Shown here piece after piece: positions 36,025-44,359 of a stretch of 64,000 nucleotides of DNA. The stretch lies in contig JBDRRF010000083.1 in the NCBI GenBank assembly GCA_043825875.1, positions 1 to 64,000 of the forward strand, in the 5' to 3' direction. Within the stretch, counting starts at the first letter, position 1. Every line of letters starts with the position of its first letter. Made by a program: the position numbers and the translations under genes. A model generated the notes under the pieces. It made no database searches, was not told the DNA's origin, and worked only from the letters and a program-made list of their open reading frames with translations. The stretch is from Pseudomonadota bacterium (GTDB taxonomy: Bacteria > Desulfobacterota > Desulfobacteria > Desulfobacterales > RPRI01).

Positions 36025-36873
36025 TTATATATTGATTCTTAACCCGTCATATGCAAACTTGATGTTATCGAATTGCTTTTCCAATTCCTTGTAATCATCA
36101 TAGCTTCTGTTCCAGTATTCTTCAATATGAGTGAGCAAAACCGTTTTTGAATTTATTCTTTTTGCCAGTTTTAGTGTTTCGTCAAAAGTATAAAGCGTAG
36201 TTCTTGAGATATGATCATCCGGATATTTAAAGTCATGCTTAAGGCCGTTTTCAAATATACCGGGCTGAATTATAAGCAGATCGGCATCCAATACTTCCTT
36301 TCTGTTTTCCGGAAATGGTTTTATATCACATGGAGCATAAATTATCTTTTTAGAGTTTTTTTGAATTACATATATAAAAGCTATCTGATTCCCACGGTCA
36401 ACAGGAATGGCAGTTACCCGAACAGCGCCCAATTTTATGCTTTTGCTATAGGAAATGCAATGCACAAAACCACTGGAACGGTAAAAGTCTATTATTGAAC
36501 CATAACACGACTGAATATTCCCGAGGCGGCCAAACAATTCTTCCGGCAAAACCAGTTTCACATCCTTACCGTCGTAGGCCCGCCATGTGCGAAAATCCAG
36601 AGTTATCTGTTCAACAACTCTGAAGCCTTCTACATGATCCGGGTCAAGGTGTGTAAAGAGAAGATAATTAATCTGCTCTATGCCTGAACGGTTTAATTGA
36701 TAAGCAATTTCTGCAGGCGTATCAATAAGGATGTTCTCATCATGTATAAAAACAGAGGGGCCTGTTCTTCTATAAGGCCCCCCTTTTACTCTTGCTTCAC
36801 TGCAAACCCGGCATTTGCATAAAGGCTTTGGGATTATCATGCATCCGCCGGAACCAAGTATTGTGATATCCAT
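36025..36873 (-). CDS. Metallo-beta-lactamase fold hydrolase (PhnP-like)
   Basis: ILGSGG..IPKPLCKCRVC, THLDPDH and LTHIEE motifs. Confidence 0.85.
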   Translation of the reverse strand: MDITILGSGGCMIIPKPLCKCRVCSEARVKGGPYRRTGPSVFIHDENILIDTPAEIAYQLNRSGIEQINYLLFTHLDPDHVEGFRVVEQITLDFRTWRAYDGKDVKLVLPEELFGRLGNIQSCYGSIIDFYRSSGFVHCISYSKSIKLGAVRVTAIPVDRGNQIAFIYVIQKNSKKIIYAPCDIKPFPENRKEVLDADLLIIQPGIFENGLKHDFKYPDDHISRTTLYTFDETLKLAKRINSKTVLLTHIEEYWNRSYDDYKELEKQFDNIKFAYDGLRINI

Positions 36874-36885
36874 CCTACTTATTTA

Positions 36886-38217
36886 TCAGCTCCACGGAAA
36901 AGGACTACTGGATACCGGAAGAAGTTCTCCCTTTTCATACCGATCAAAGCGGAAGGGTTTTAACAACTCCTGTTTTTCTCCCAAAATTTCCTGGGCCACC
37001 AGCTTGCCAATGCCTATCATCTTATAACCGTGACTGGAATCTAATATCATATAGCAATTTTGCTTAAACACATCAAATACAGGGAAATTATCCGGTGTAA
37101 AGATTCCTAATCCGCCCGAAGGTTCATTTTTGTATAATTGATATTTATTTTCATATCGTTTTTGGCAATGTGCCAAAGCAGAAGTCCACATATGGGCGAA
37201 TTCAGGGCCTACGATGAAATCCGGCGAATCGATTCCATAGGGATCAACGTTTATTTCATCTTTTTCTACAAGATTCGGCATGGCACCTCCCTGAATGCCA
37301 TTGAAATTACAATCGGGTTTATAATAGATACCCCACATTTTGTCCGTGACCAGCGAACCGTCTTCACTGGAATACAGTGGAGAATTGCTGTCCACATGAA
37401 TAACCGGGGGCATCTTGCCCCACTTGTCATAACCGTATTCCGGATCTACTCCAAGTGTTCCTTCCTGAAGTGACAGATAAGTCCACATTTTCACATCCGT
37501 ATGAATCTTTCCGTCTGTACCTTTAATATTTATTTTGTCAGGCATGCCTATCATTTCCCAGAGCTTATTGCCCCAAGGGCCCGGTCCGGCAATCACATAA
37601 TCACAAGAAATCTTACCCTTATCGGTTTCAACCGCTGTAATACAATCATTATAGTCAAAACCTTCAACTTTAACTCCGGTTAATATCCTTACACCTAGTG
37701 CTTCAGCTTTGTCCGCAAGTCTGTATAAAGCACGGGAATTGTGGGCGTATCCTCCTCTTTTTTCGTGAAGGATCGAAGTTATGCCCTTAGCCTGCCAGTC
37801 ATCAAATACGTTTTTTTTCATGTATTCAAGGCAATCTTTCTCACCTTCGATAAATACTGAATCATAAGAAAGCTTTTTCTGCCGCTCATATATTTGGGAT
37901 ACACCTTCATGCATACTTTCCGGCGAAATCTGCATATATCCAACAGGCCAATAACCGTAACCTTCAACATCTTCATCCCATACATTTACACTGTGCATCA
38001 TAATTTCCTGCATGGCTGCCTGGAAATAATTATTTCTTATAACTCCACAGGCGATTCCGGATGCTCCGGCGCCAATAGCAGTCTTGTCAAGAACAATTAT
38101 ATCTTTGCCTGACCCTGAGCCTCTTTTCTTTAATTCACCGGCTAGATGAAAAGCAGTGCTAAGCCCGTGAATCCCCGCTCCTATAATAACGTATTTTGAA
38201 TGCGTAGGAAACGCCAT
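36886..38217 (-). CDS. FAD-dependent oxidoreductase, DadA / sarcosine-oxidase-beta-like family
   Basis: IIGAGIHGLSTA, GASGIACGVIRNNY, TPDNFPVFD and HGYKM motifs. Confidence 0.85.
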   Translation of the reverse strand: MAFPTHSKYVIIGAGIHGLSTAFHLAGELKKRGSGSGKDIIVLDKTAIGAGASGIACGVIRNNYFQAAMQEIMMHSVNVWDEDVEGYGYWPVGYMQISPESMHEGVSQIYERQKKLSYDSVFIEGEKDCLEYMKKNVFDDWQAKGITSILHEKRGGYAHNSRALYRLADKAEALGVRILTGVKVEGFDYNDCITAVETDKGKISCDYVIAGPGPWGNKLWEMIGMPDKINIKGTDGKIHTDVKMWTYLSLQEGTLGVDPEYGYDKWGKMPPVIHVDSNSPLYSSEDGSLVTDKMWGIYYKPDCNFNGIQGGAMPNLVEKDEINVDPYGIDSPDFIVGPEFAHMWTSALAHCQKRYENKYQLYKNEPSGGLGIFTPDNFPVFDVFKQNCYMILDSSHGYKMIGIGKLVAQEILGEKQELLKPFRFDRYEKGELLPVSSSPFPWS

Positions 38218-38433
38218 AAAATTTACCTCCTTAAGGTTTATTATCTATATAAAAAATTACGAATTTAGTCGGCAAAGAAAAAGAATCATATAAGAGACAA
38301 GTAAATAATGAGGGATTAAAATATAACTGTCCGTAAGCCAAGATAGCTTTAGCTACAGCCGAAGCTATAGCTAAAGCGCAACTCTTTCGTGGGATTTTAC
38401 TTTGCCGTAATAAAAGACTATCTTAAAAAAAAG

Positions 38434-40047
38434 CTAGGCCACCATGGTCTCTTTATCGTTTTCTTCCCGTTCATGTTTGCGATCACCGTCAACCGTTCCT
38501 GTAACCTTTTCTCTTTCTTCTGCAAAATCAAACCCGGTCCATATTCCGATAGATCCAAGAATTGAATCCTGGGGATGAAACTTGCGAAAAATCTTATAAT
38601 AATAGGCGGCTTCCCTGCTATTGATAACAGCAGTTGGATTTTCTTCTTTTATTTGTATATATTCATCTTCAGTAATCATTTTCTCAGCTAAAGATTCGCC
38701 AAGACTCTCACAACCTGCACCCTGTGTGTACTGAACCTTGTAGCGCCACAGTATTTCATCGGGCAGATAGTTAGTATCCTCAAAAGCCTTTCTTAAAATC
38801 CATTTTTCTATTTTTGCTCCATTATGTTCACGAATTTTCAATTCAGGAGGTATCTTCATGGAAAGATCAACCATAGCAGTGTCCAGAAACGGAACTCTGA
38901 GTTCAAGACTAAAAAGCATACCCATACGGTCAGCTCTTTGAAGATTAATATTATGAAGGTTACCGATGCAGCGTCTGCCTTCTTCGTTTAGTTTGTCAAT
39001 TGGAAAATTTTTCATATAATGATATCCGGCAAAAAGCTCATCAGCCCCTTCTCCGGTAAGTACTACCGTTACATAGTCCGCAGCACATTTACAGGTAAAG
39101 TAACAGGGCAAAGCACAGCGGACAAGAGATGGATCATAACTTTCCAGTTTATTGATCACGGTAGGAAGCGCTTCATAGTACTCATCTTCAGTGAAGATGT
39201 ATTCATGATGATTTGAACCGATATGTTTGGCTGCGATACGTGCAGCTTTTACATCATCACTAAAATCACCATTCTCATCTTGCATGCCTACGACAAATGT
39301 ATGCAGGTTGGGTATTTCATCAGCAGCTATAGCTGCCACCAGACTGCTGTCGAGACCACCACTGCAAAAAGAGCCTACCGGCACTTCAGGATCTGCCAAT
39401 AAACGTTTTTTTACTGCATCAATGAAAGTCTTTCTTATAATTTCGCATGACTCCTCAATATCCGTAAGAATATGGTCTTCAATTTCCGGTATCCGATAGA
39501 ATTTTACAAACCCTTCTTTTGGAGTATAATAATGTCCTGCCGGAAATTCATGAACCTCATCCAAACCGGCATGACTCATTGCCCCTAATTCCGAAGAAAA
39601 ATACATTTTTCCTTTCTGTATGCCGTAATAAAGAGGTTTAATCCCGATAGGATCTCTTGCCAGCATAAAATCATCACCATTATAAGCGGCAAAGGCAAAC
39701 ATTCCGTCAAGATCCTTAAGGCAATCAGGTCCTTTTTCGCGATAGAGATGCAAGACGGTCTCGGTGTCAGACTGAGTTTGAAAGCTGTATTTTGAATCAA
39801 TTTTTCTTCTAAGTTTTCTGAAATTATAAATCTCACCATTACAAACAATACCTGAGTTTCCGTCCCTGCTAATGATAGGTTGATGACCCTGGGCTACATC
39901 AACTATTGAAAGTCTGGTATGCCCAAAGACGATGTTTCCGTTTACATGAAGTCCGCGATCATTGGGCCCCCTGTGAGGAAGTGCGTCCAACATACGATTA
40001 ATTGTATCTACGTCACGTGTTCCTATACATCCTGCTATGCCACACAT
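38434..40047 (-). CDS. Asparagine synthase-type glutamine amidotransferase (AsnB family)
   Basis: N-terminal MCGIAG, HRGP, RLSIVD, NGEIYN, SGGLDSS and GEGADELFAGY motifs. Confidence 0.92.
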   Translation of the reverse strand: MCGIAGCIGTRDVDTINRMLDALPHRGPNDRGLHVNGNIVFGHTRLSIVDVAQGHQPIISRDGNSGIVCNGEIYNFRKLRRKIDSKYSFQTQSDTETVLHLYREKGPDCLKDLDGMFAFAAYNGDDFMLARDPIGIKPLYYGIQKGKMYFSSELGAMSHAGLDEVHEFPAGHYYTPKEGFVKFYRIPEIEDHILTDIEESCEIIRKTFIDAVKKRLLADPEVPVGSFCSGGLDSSLVAAIAADEIPNLHTFVVGMQDENGDFSDDVKAARIAAKHIGSNHHEYIFTEDEYYEALPTVINKLESYDPSLVRCALPCYFTCKCAADYVTVVLTGEGADELFAGYHYMKNFPIDKLNEEGRRCIGNLHNINLQRADRMGMLFSLELRVPFLDTAMVDLSMKIPPELKIREHNGAKIEKWILRKAFEDTNYLPDEILWRYKVQYTQGAGCESLGESLAEKMITEDEYIQIKEENPTAVINSREAAYYYKIFRKFHPQDSILGSIGIWTGFDFAEEREKVTGTVDGDRKHEREENDKETMVA

Positions 40048-40062
40048 TGTTTTTCTCCTTTA

Positions 40063-41292
40063 TTAATTTACAAATATTTTTCCGAAATTTGCCGTAGTAA
40101 GAGGATCATCCATATACATACCAAGCCCGATAGTCTTAATGGATTCCATGCCTCTTTCATCATAAACAGGCATCCTGACTTCCGGTGCGTCATCAGCTGT
40201 TACCTCTTGGGCAATTTCAATGCCTTTTTCAAGTTTAGCTATGGAAAAATCAATCAAATATCTTAAAAAAGAAAAGGGATGTCTTATCATATGCACCCCG
40301 TATTTTTTACACATTGCCTGTCCCATGCGGGCGTCATCAAAAGCCTTTGGAGTCAAATGCTCTTCATGGGTAGTTCCGGCACTCTGAAATGTCGGCAAAT
40401 CCAGCATCAGGTTAAGATGAGTCATTAAAATGTTTAACAGATTATGACTGACCAAACCGTAATTGGGATTATAATCTATTCGGGGATCAGCAATGGTCGG
40501 AAAACCTGCATGTATACACGTTACGCCGGGATTGAGTAATTGAGCCGCACAGATGCCAAAAAGCACTTCAGCATGAGTCATAGCCAGTGCCCCATTATAG
40601 GAATAAGAAGTACTGATGCCTCCCATGGGCATTGCTGATATAAAAACCGGCAGACCGGCCTTTACTACCTTCACAAAGTTTTCAGAAAAATTTTCATTAA
40701 CTTCAAGAGGTGGACGGGTGAGACAAAAAACAATCATGATGTTCTTTCTCTCTTCCCATAATTGTTTGGCGCGTTCAAGTGATGCATCGCATGTCACTGC
40801 AAAATAGAGAGGTTTTGAGCAGTATTTATCCATGATGTTCATCTGTTCTACTTCATTTTTCAGTTTTATAGCCCTGCCCATACCGGCCACAACATCATGC
40901 TCTTCAGCAATTTGTGCGATTTGGGCCACATGTTCCGGCGTAGGGAAAATACCGCCTATTCCTTTTTCATCATCATAAATGTATGGGGCTGTGCCACCAA
41001 TGAAAAAACTGTTTAAAGGAACGAAAAACTCATCAACGCCCGGAGTTGTCGACAGACATTTTTCTACCAACTCCCTGGTAACATATATACGGTCTTCATG
41101 CTGATAAGCCAAGCCTTCGGCTTCATATTGCCGGAATGCTTCCTGCATATCAGGTTGTTTACATCCGACTCCCATATTTTCCAGTATCCAAAGAGCGTCA
41201 TCATGGGACTTAAGAAGCATTTCGACAGTCTCTGCACCCAAAAGTTTGGTAGATTTATCAACCTGATCTTTTTTTAAATTTATCGAATTCAT
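40063..41292 (-). CDS. Trimethylamine methyltransferase (MttB) superfamily protein, short form
   Basis: HDDALWILENMGV, GGTAPYIYDD, PMGG...GAL..THAEVLFG...AQLLNPG motifs; paralogue of 34822-36000. Confidence 0.78.
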   Translation of the reverse strand: MNSINLKKDQVDKSTKLLGAETVEMLLKSHDDALWILENMGVGCKQPDMQEAFRQYEAEGLAYQHEDRIYVTRELVEKCLSTTPGVDEFFVPLNSFFIGGTAPYIYDDEKGIGGIFPTPEHVAQIAQIAEEHDVVAGMGRAIKLKNEVEQMNIMDKYCSKPLYFAVTCDASLERAKQLWEERKNIMIVFCLTRPPLEVNENFSENFVKVVKAGLPVFISAMPMGGISTSYSYNGALAMTHAEVLFGICAAQLLNPGVTCIHAGFPTIADPRIDYNPNYGLVSHNLLNILMTHLNLMLDLPTFQSAGTTHEEHLTPKAFDDARMGQAMCKKYGVHMIRHPFSFLRYLIDFSIAKLEKGIEIAQEVTADDAPEVRMPVYDERGMESIKTIGLGMYMDDPLTTANFGKIFVN

Positions 41293-41346
41293 TTATCTAC
41301 TTACTCCGATCTATTATTAGATATGTAGGTTATATGATCTATTCAT

Positions 41347-41431
41347 TTGATATATTTTATATCAATATTATTTGATTCAATATATTTTGTATTGAAACAA
41401 TAACACTAAAGTAATGGATTGGATAAGTCAA
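41347..41431 (-). promoter_or_regulatory. Promoter with two palindromic candidate MarR operators
   Basis: Minus TTGACT-N17-TAGTGT (41431-41403). Inverted repeats TTGATATA-ttt-TATATCAA (41347-41365) and TTGATTCAATATA-ttt-TGTATTGAAACAA (41372-41400). Confidence 0.55.
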
Positions 41432-41501
41432 GGTTTTTATCTTAAAAAAAGGATAGTAAGGTTATAAAGTATGGTAAGAATAAATGAGATATGTAGCTTT
41501 A

Positions 41502-42011
41502 TTAATCAACTTCAAGATCTTGAACATCAAGCATATTTGTAAGCATATTCAAGCCATTGACAATATGTTCAACTTCCTGGGGTGTGAGTCTTTTTACCCC
41601 GTCGATTATTTTTTGCTGAATCGGGGAAGGAGCGTTTTTAGCCAATGTTTTTCCACTTTCTGTAAGCTGAACCGTTATAATTCTTCTGTCTTGGGATATC
41701 CTTTGCCTTTCCACCAAGTTTTTTTGTTCCAAGCGGTCGATAATACTTGTTACGGTGCTTGAATTAACCATGATTATTTTTGCAATTTGTGATGGCGGTA
41801 GAGGGCCATTCTCATAAAGAGCCAAAAGGCAGTTTACTTGTGCAGCACTTATATTATATTTTTTATTAATCTCTTTATTGTAAAGTTCCGCTCCCTGCAT
41901 AAGCCTTCGGATAGAATGAATTATATCTTTTTGTGAAGTTGTGGGATAAATATATTCCGTTTTGACTGAATTATTTTCAGACATTTGTTTGGGTTTCGTA
42001 TTTTTTGGCAT
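41502..42011 (-). CDS. MarR-family transcriptional regulator (EctR/CosR-like)
   Basis: IIHSIRRL, SAAQ..CL, SSTVTSIIDRLEQK.LV.R and DRR...V.LTESGK motifs. Confidence 0.9.
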   Translation of the reverse strand: MPKNTKPKQMSENNSVKTEYIYPTTSQKDIIHSIRRLMQGAELYNKEINKKYNISAAQVNCLLALYENGPLPPSQIAKIIMVNSSTVTSIIDRLEQKNLVERQRISQDRRIITVQLTESGKTLAKNAPSPIQQKIIDGVKRLTPQEVEHIVNGLNMLTNMLDVQDLEVD

Positions 42012-42106
42012 TAGTGATTATTGCCATAAGGCAATTCCTGCTCTTTAGGTAATATTGTTTATTGTATTTGCCTGATCCTAATTAAAGACTGACATTTAAT
42101 TTGCAT

Positions 42107-42131
42107 AAAAAAACCGCGTTTTTCTCGCGGC
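42107..42131 (-). terminator. Intrinsic terminator-like hairpin upstream of marR
   Basis: Minus strand ccgcg-agaaaaa-cgcgg followed by ttttttt. Confidence 0.55.
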
Positions 42132-42271
42132 CTGTTATGAAATTATTACAAGAAAAAATATTATACCCCAAATTTAATAATTCAAAAAAACTACCGTTTA
42201 TTTTTCGTATGTATGTTTATATTTGCAATAACGATTTGAATTCTATGGTAAATATTTTCTATTAGTTTTAG

Positions 42272-42300
42272 ATTATAGAAAGATCGATTTTGTGTGTCAA
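42272..42300 (-). promoter_or_regulatory. Consensus sigma70 promoter
   Basis: Minus strand TTGACA-N17-TATAAT (perfect consensus). Confidence 0.7.
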
Positions 42301-42342
42301 GATAAATAATGTAGTTAAAAATATTCTTTTCTTGCAGATATA

Positions 42343-42969
42343 TTATTTCCCAAGCCGCCTGTCTGCTATATAACTATCAACAATTTCTGCCAGTTTGTCT
42401 TCATATCCTAAGAAAAAATGATCCGCTCCATCAATAACCTTTATATCAGCCGTGCCGTTTAAAATTGATACAAACTTTTCAACCAGTTCCGGTGGCGCAA
42501 ATCCATCTTCGCTTCCCGTTACTGCAAGCATTAAATGATTAATTTTTAAACCAGTTTCAAATTTCATCATAGCCACAGGCGGTGATACCATAATGGATGT
42601 ATTCACTGCAATTTTATCTTTAATTTGAGCATTAACCCATGTTCCAAAAGAATAGCCACAAAGATCAATTTGTTCCACACCCATTTTTTTAAAGAACTTA
42701 TATGCAGCAACAACATCTTTTTGTTCTCCGATGCCATCTTCATAGGCACCGCTACTATCACCTACTCCCCTGAAATTAAATCTTAATGTTGCGTATCCTT
42801 TTTTTTGATATACGGATTGTATTGCTTCAACAACATTATTATACATATTACCGCCATAAAGCGGGTGCGGATGTGTGATAACAACGCCATGCTTTTTTAT
42901 TCCGGGATCAAACATTCCTTCTATATTAATTTTATCTTCGGTATTAAATTCAATTTTTTCTTCAGACAT
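42343..42969 (-). CDS. Alpha/beta hydrolase
   Basis: HPHPLYGGNM, RFNFRGVG, GYSFG and GADHFF motifs; ATG at 42969 abuts the MITE. Confidence 0.9.
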   Translation of the reverse strand: MSEEKIEFNTEDKINIEGMFDPGIKKHGVVITHPHPLYGGNMYNNVVEAIQSVYQKKGYATLRFNFRGVGDSSGAYEDGIGEQKDVVAAYKFFKKMGVEQIDLCGYSFGTWVNAQIKDKIAVNTSIMVSPPVAMMKFETGLKINHLMLAVTGSEDGFAPPELVEKFVSILNGTADIKVIDGADHFFLGYEDKLAEIVDSYIADRRLGK

Positions 42970-42971
42970 AA

Positions 42972-43113
42972 GAGCCCCTTTCAAAACGTTTCAGTTTGGT
43001 CAAGCTCAAGGCGGGAGAAAATTTCAACCACAGGAATACATTGAGTATTTCGAGGATTGAAATTTGAGCCCAACGCAGAGATCGGCCAAAATGGGGCGTT
43101 TTGAAACTGGCTC
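42972..43113 (+). mobile_element. MITE family A, copy 3 (142 bp)
   Basis: GAGCC...GGCTC ends; ATAA direct repeat on both sides. Confidence 0.9.
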
Positions 43114-43117
43114 ATAA

Positions 43118-44218
43118 TTATTCCCGTTTTTTATCGGTAACACAATATAAACCTTTTCCTATCAGAGCCGGGCGGAAGCACTTATTATCCGAAATACAAG
43201 CGGATTTTGCAATATCTCCGGATTTCCACCGGTTAATAAGATCAGGTTCTCTGATTAAAGGACGACACATCGATATATAATCCACAGCACCTTCAGTAAT
43301 TATTTTATCAGCCATCTGATAAGAACGGTTTCCTCCCACAAGAATAAGGGGAACTGATATTTTTTCTCTGAAAGCTTTTGCCTCATTCAAAAAATATGCT
43401 TCCTTTTCTTCAGAATTTATTCCTTTGCGACTTGGGCTAAGCTTATCGCCGGTCAAAACTCCTCCGCTAAGCTCTATTGCATCTATACCTTCGGATTCCA
43501 GCATTTTTCCAATTTTAAGTGAATCTTTAAGCTCAAGGCCATTTTCTATAAAATCAGCCACATTGATTTTCACCATTACAGGATAATCCGGCCCTACAAC
43601 ACTTCTTACAGATTTGAGCACATCTATTAAAATTCTTGATCTGTTTTCAATACTGCCTCCGTATTCATCGATTCGACTATTAAAAGCAGGCGATAAAAAC
43701 TGACTTAACAGATATCCGTGAGCAGCATGAATCTGAACACCGTCAAAACCTGCTTTCTTTGCTCTATTAGCAGCTTCGGCAAAATCTGTTATAATTTGTT
43801 TTATGTCCGATACGGAAACAACCCTATGAGGAACTTTAGAAGAATTCCCCATATCTGAAGCAGCGAGAGCAGAAACTTTGGTTAAATCCGTTCTGGCAAA
43901 AAATCCCGCATGAGCAATCTGTAACACAATTTTACCACCGTTTTTATGCACCGCATCAGCCATATCAGTAAGGCCGGGTAGTAAATCGTCACTATATGCG
44001 CCAAGCTGAAACAAGCTTGCCTGCCCTACCCTTTGAACATATGCATGACCGGAGATAATCAGTCCGACACCTCCTTTTGCAAGATCAACCATGCAATCTA
44101 TAAGCATAGGTGTAACACTGCCATCATCATTTGCCATACCTTCCCAGGTGGCGGAACGTACAAACCTGTTTGCCAAAGTCATTCCATTAATTTGCGTTTC
44201 TTCAAAAAGCTTAGTCAT
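43118..44218 (-). CDS. NADH:flavin oxidoreductase (Old Yellow Enzyme family)
   Basis: NRFVRSATWE, QIAHAG, GFDGVQIHAAHGYLLSQFLSP and YGGSIENR motifs. Confidence 0.93.
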   Translation of the reverse strand: MTKLFEETQINGMTLANRFVRSATWEGMANDDGSVTPMLIDCMVDLAKGGVGLIISGHAYVQRVGQASLFQLGAYSDDLLPGLTDMADAVHKNGGKIVLQIAHAGFFARTDLTKVSALAASDMGNSSKVPHRVVSVSDIKQIITDFAEAANRAKKAGFDGVQIHAAHGYLLSQFLSPAFNSRIDEYGGSIENRSRILIDVLKSVRSVVGPDYPVMVKINVADFIENGLELKDSLKIGKMLESEGIDAIELSGGVLTGDKLSPSRKGINSEEKEAYFLNEAKAFREKISVPLILVGGNRSYQMADKIITEGAVDYISMCRPLIREPDLINRWKSGDIAKSACISDNKCFRPALIGKGLYCVTDKKRE

Positions 44219-44237
44219 TGCTTCCTCTCATTGCTTT

Positions 44238-44322
44238 AAGGGTTCAAGGATTCCAGGGGTCAAGGGTTCAAGTGAAATGATATTTTCATCTATCTCTTGA
44301 ACCCTTGAATCCTTGAATCCTT
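44238..44322. repeat. Inverted octamer tandem arrays
   Basis: aagggttc-aaggattc-caggggtc-aagggttc-aag ... cttgaacc-cttgaatc-cttgaatc-ctt. Confidence 0.75.
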
Positions 44323-44359
44323 TTACCTAAAATAAAATTAAAATCGGGTTTCAGATGTA

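Noticed and set aside
34822..41292. Pyrrolysine read-through in the MttB-like genes
   Set aside because: Neither gene has an in-frame TAG and both end in TAA.
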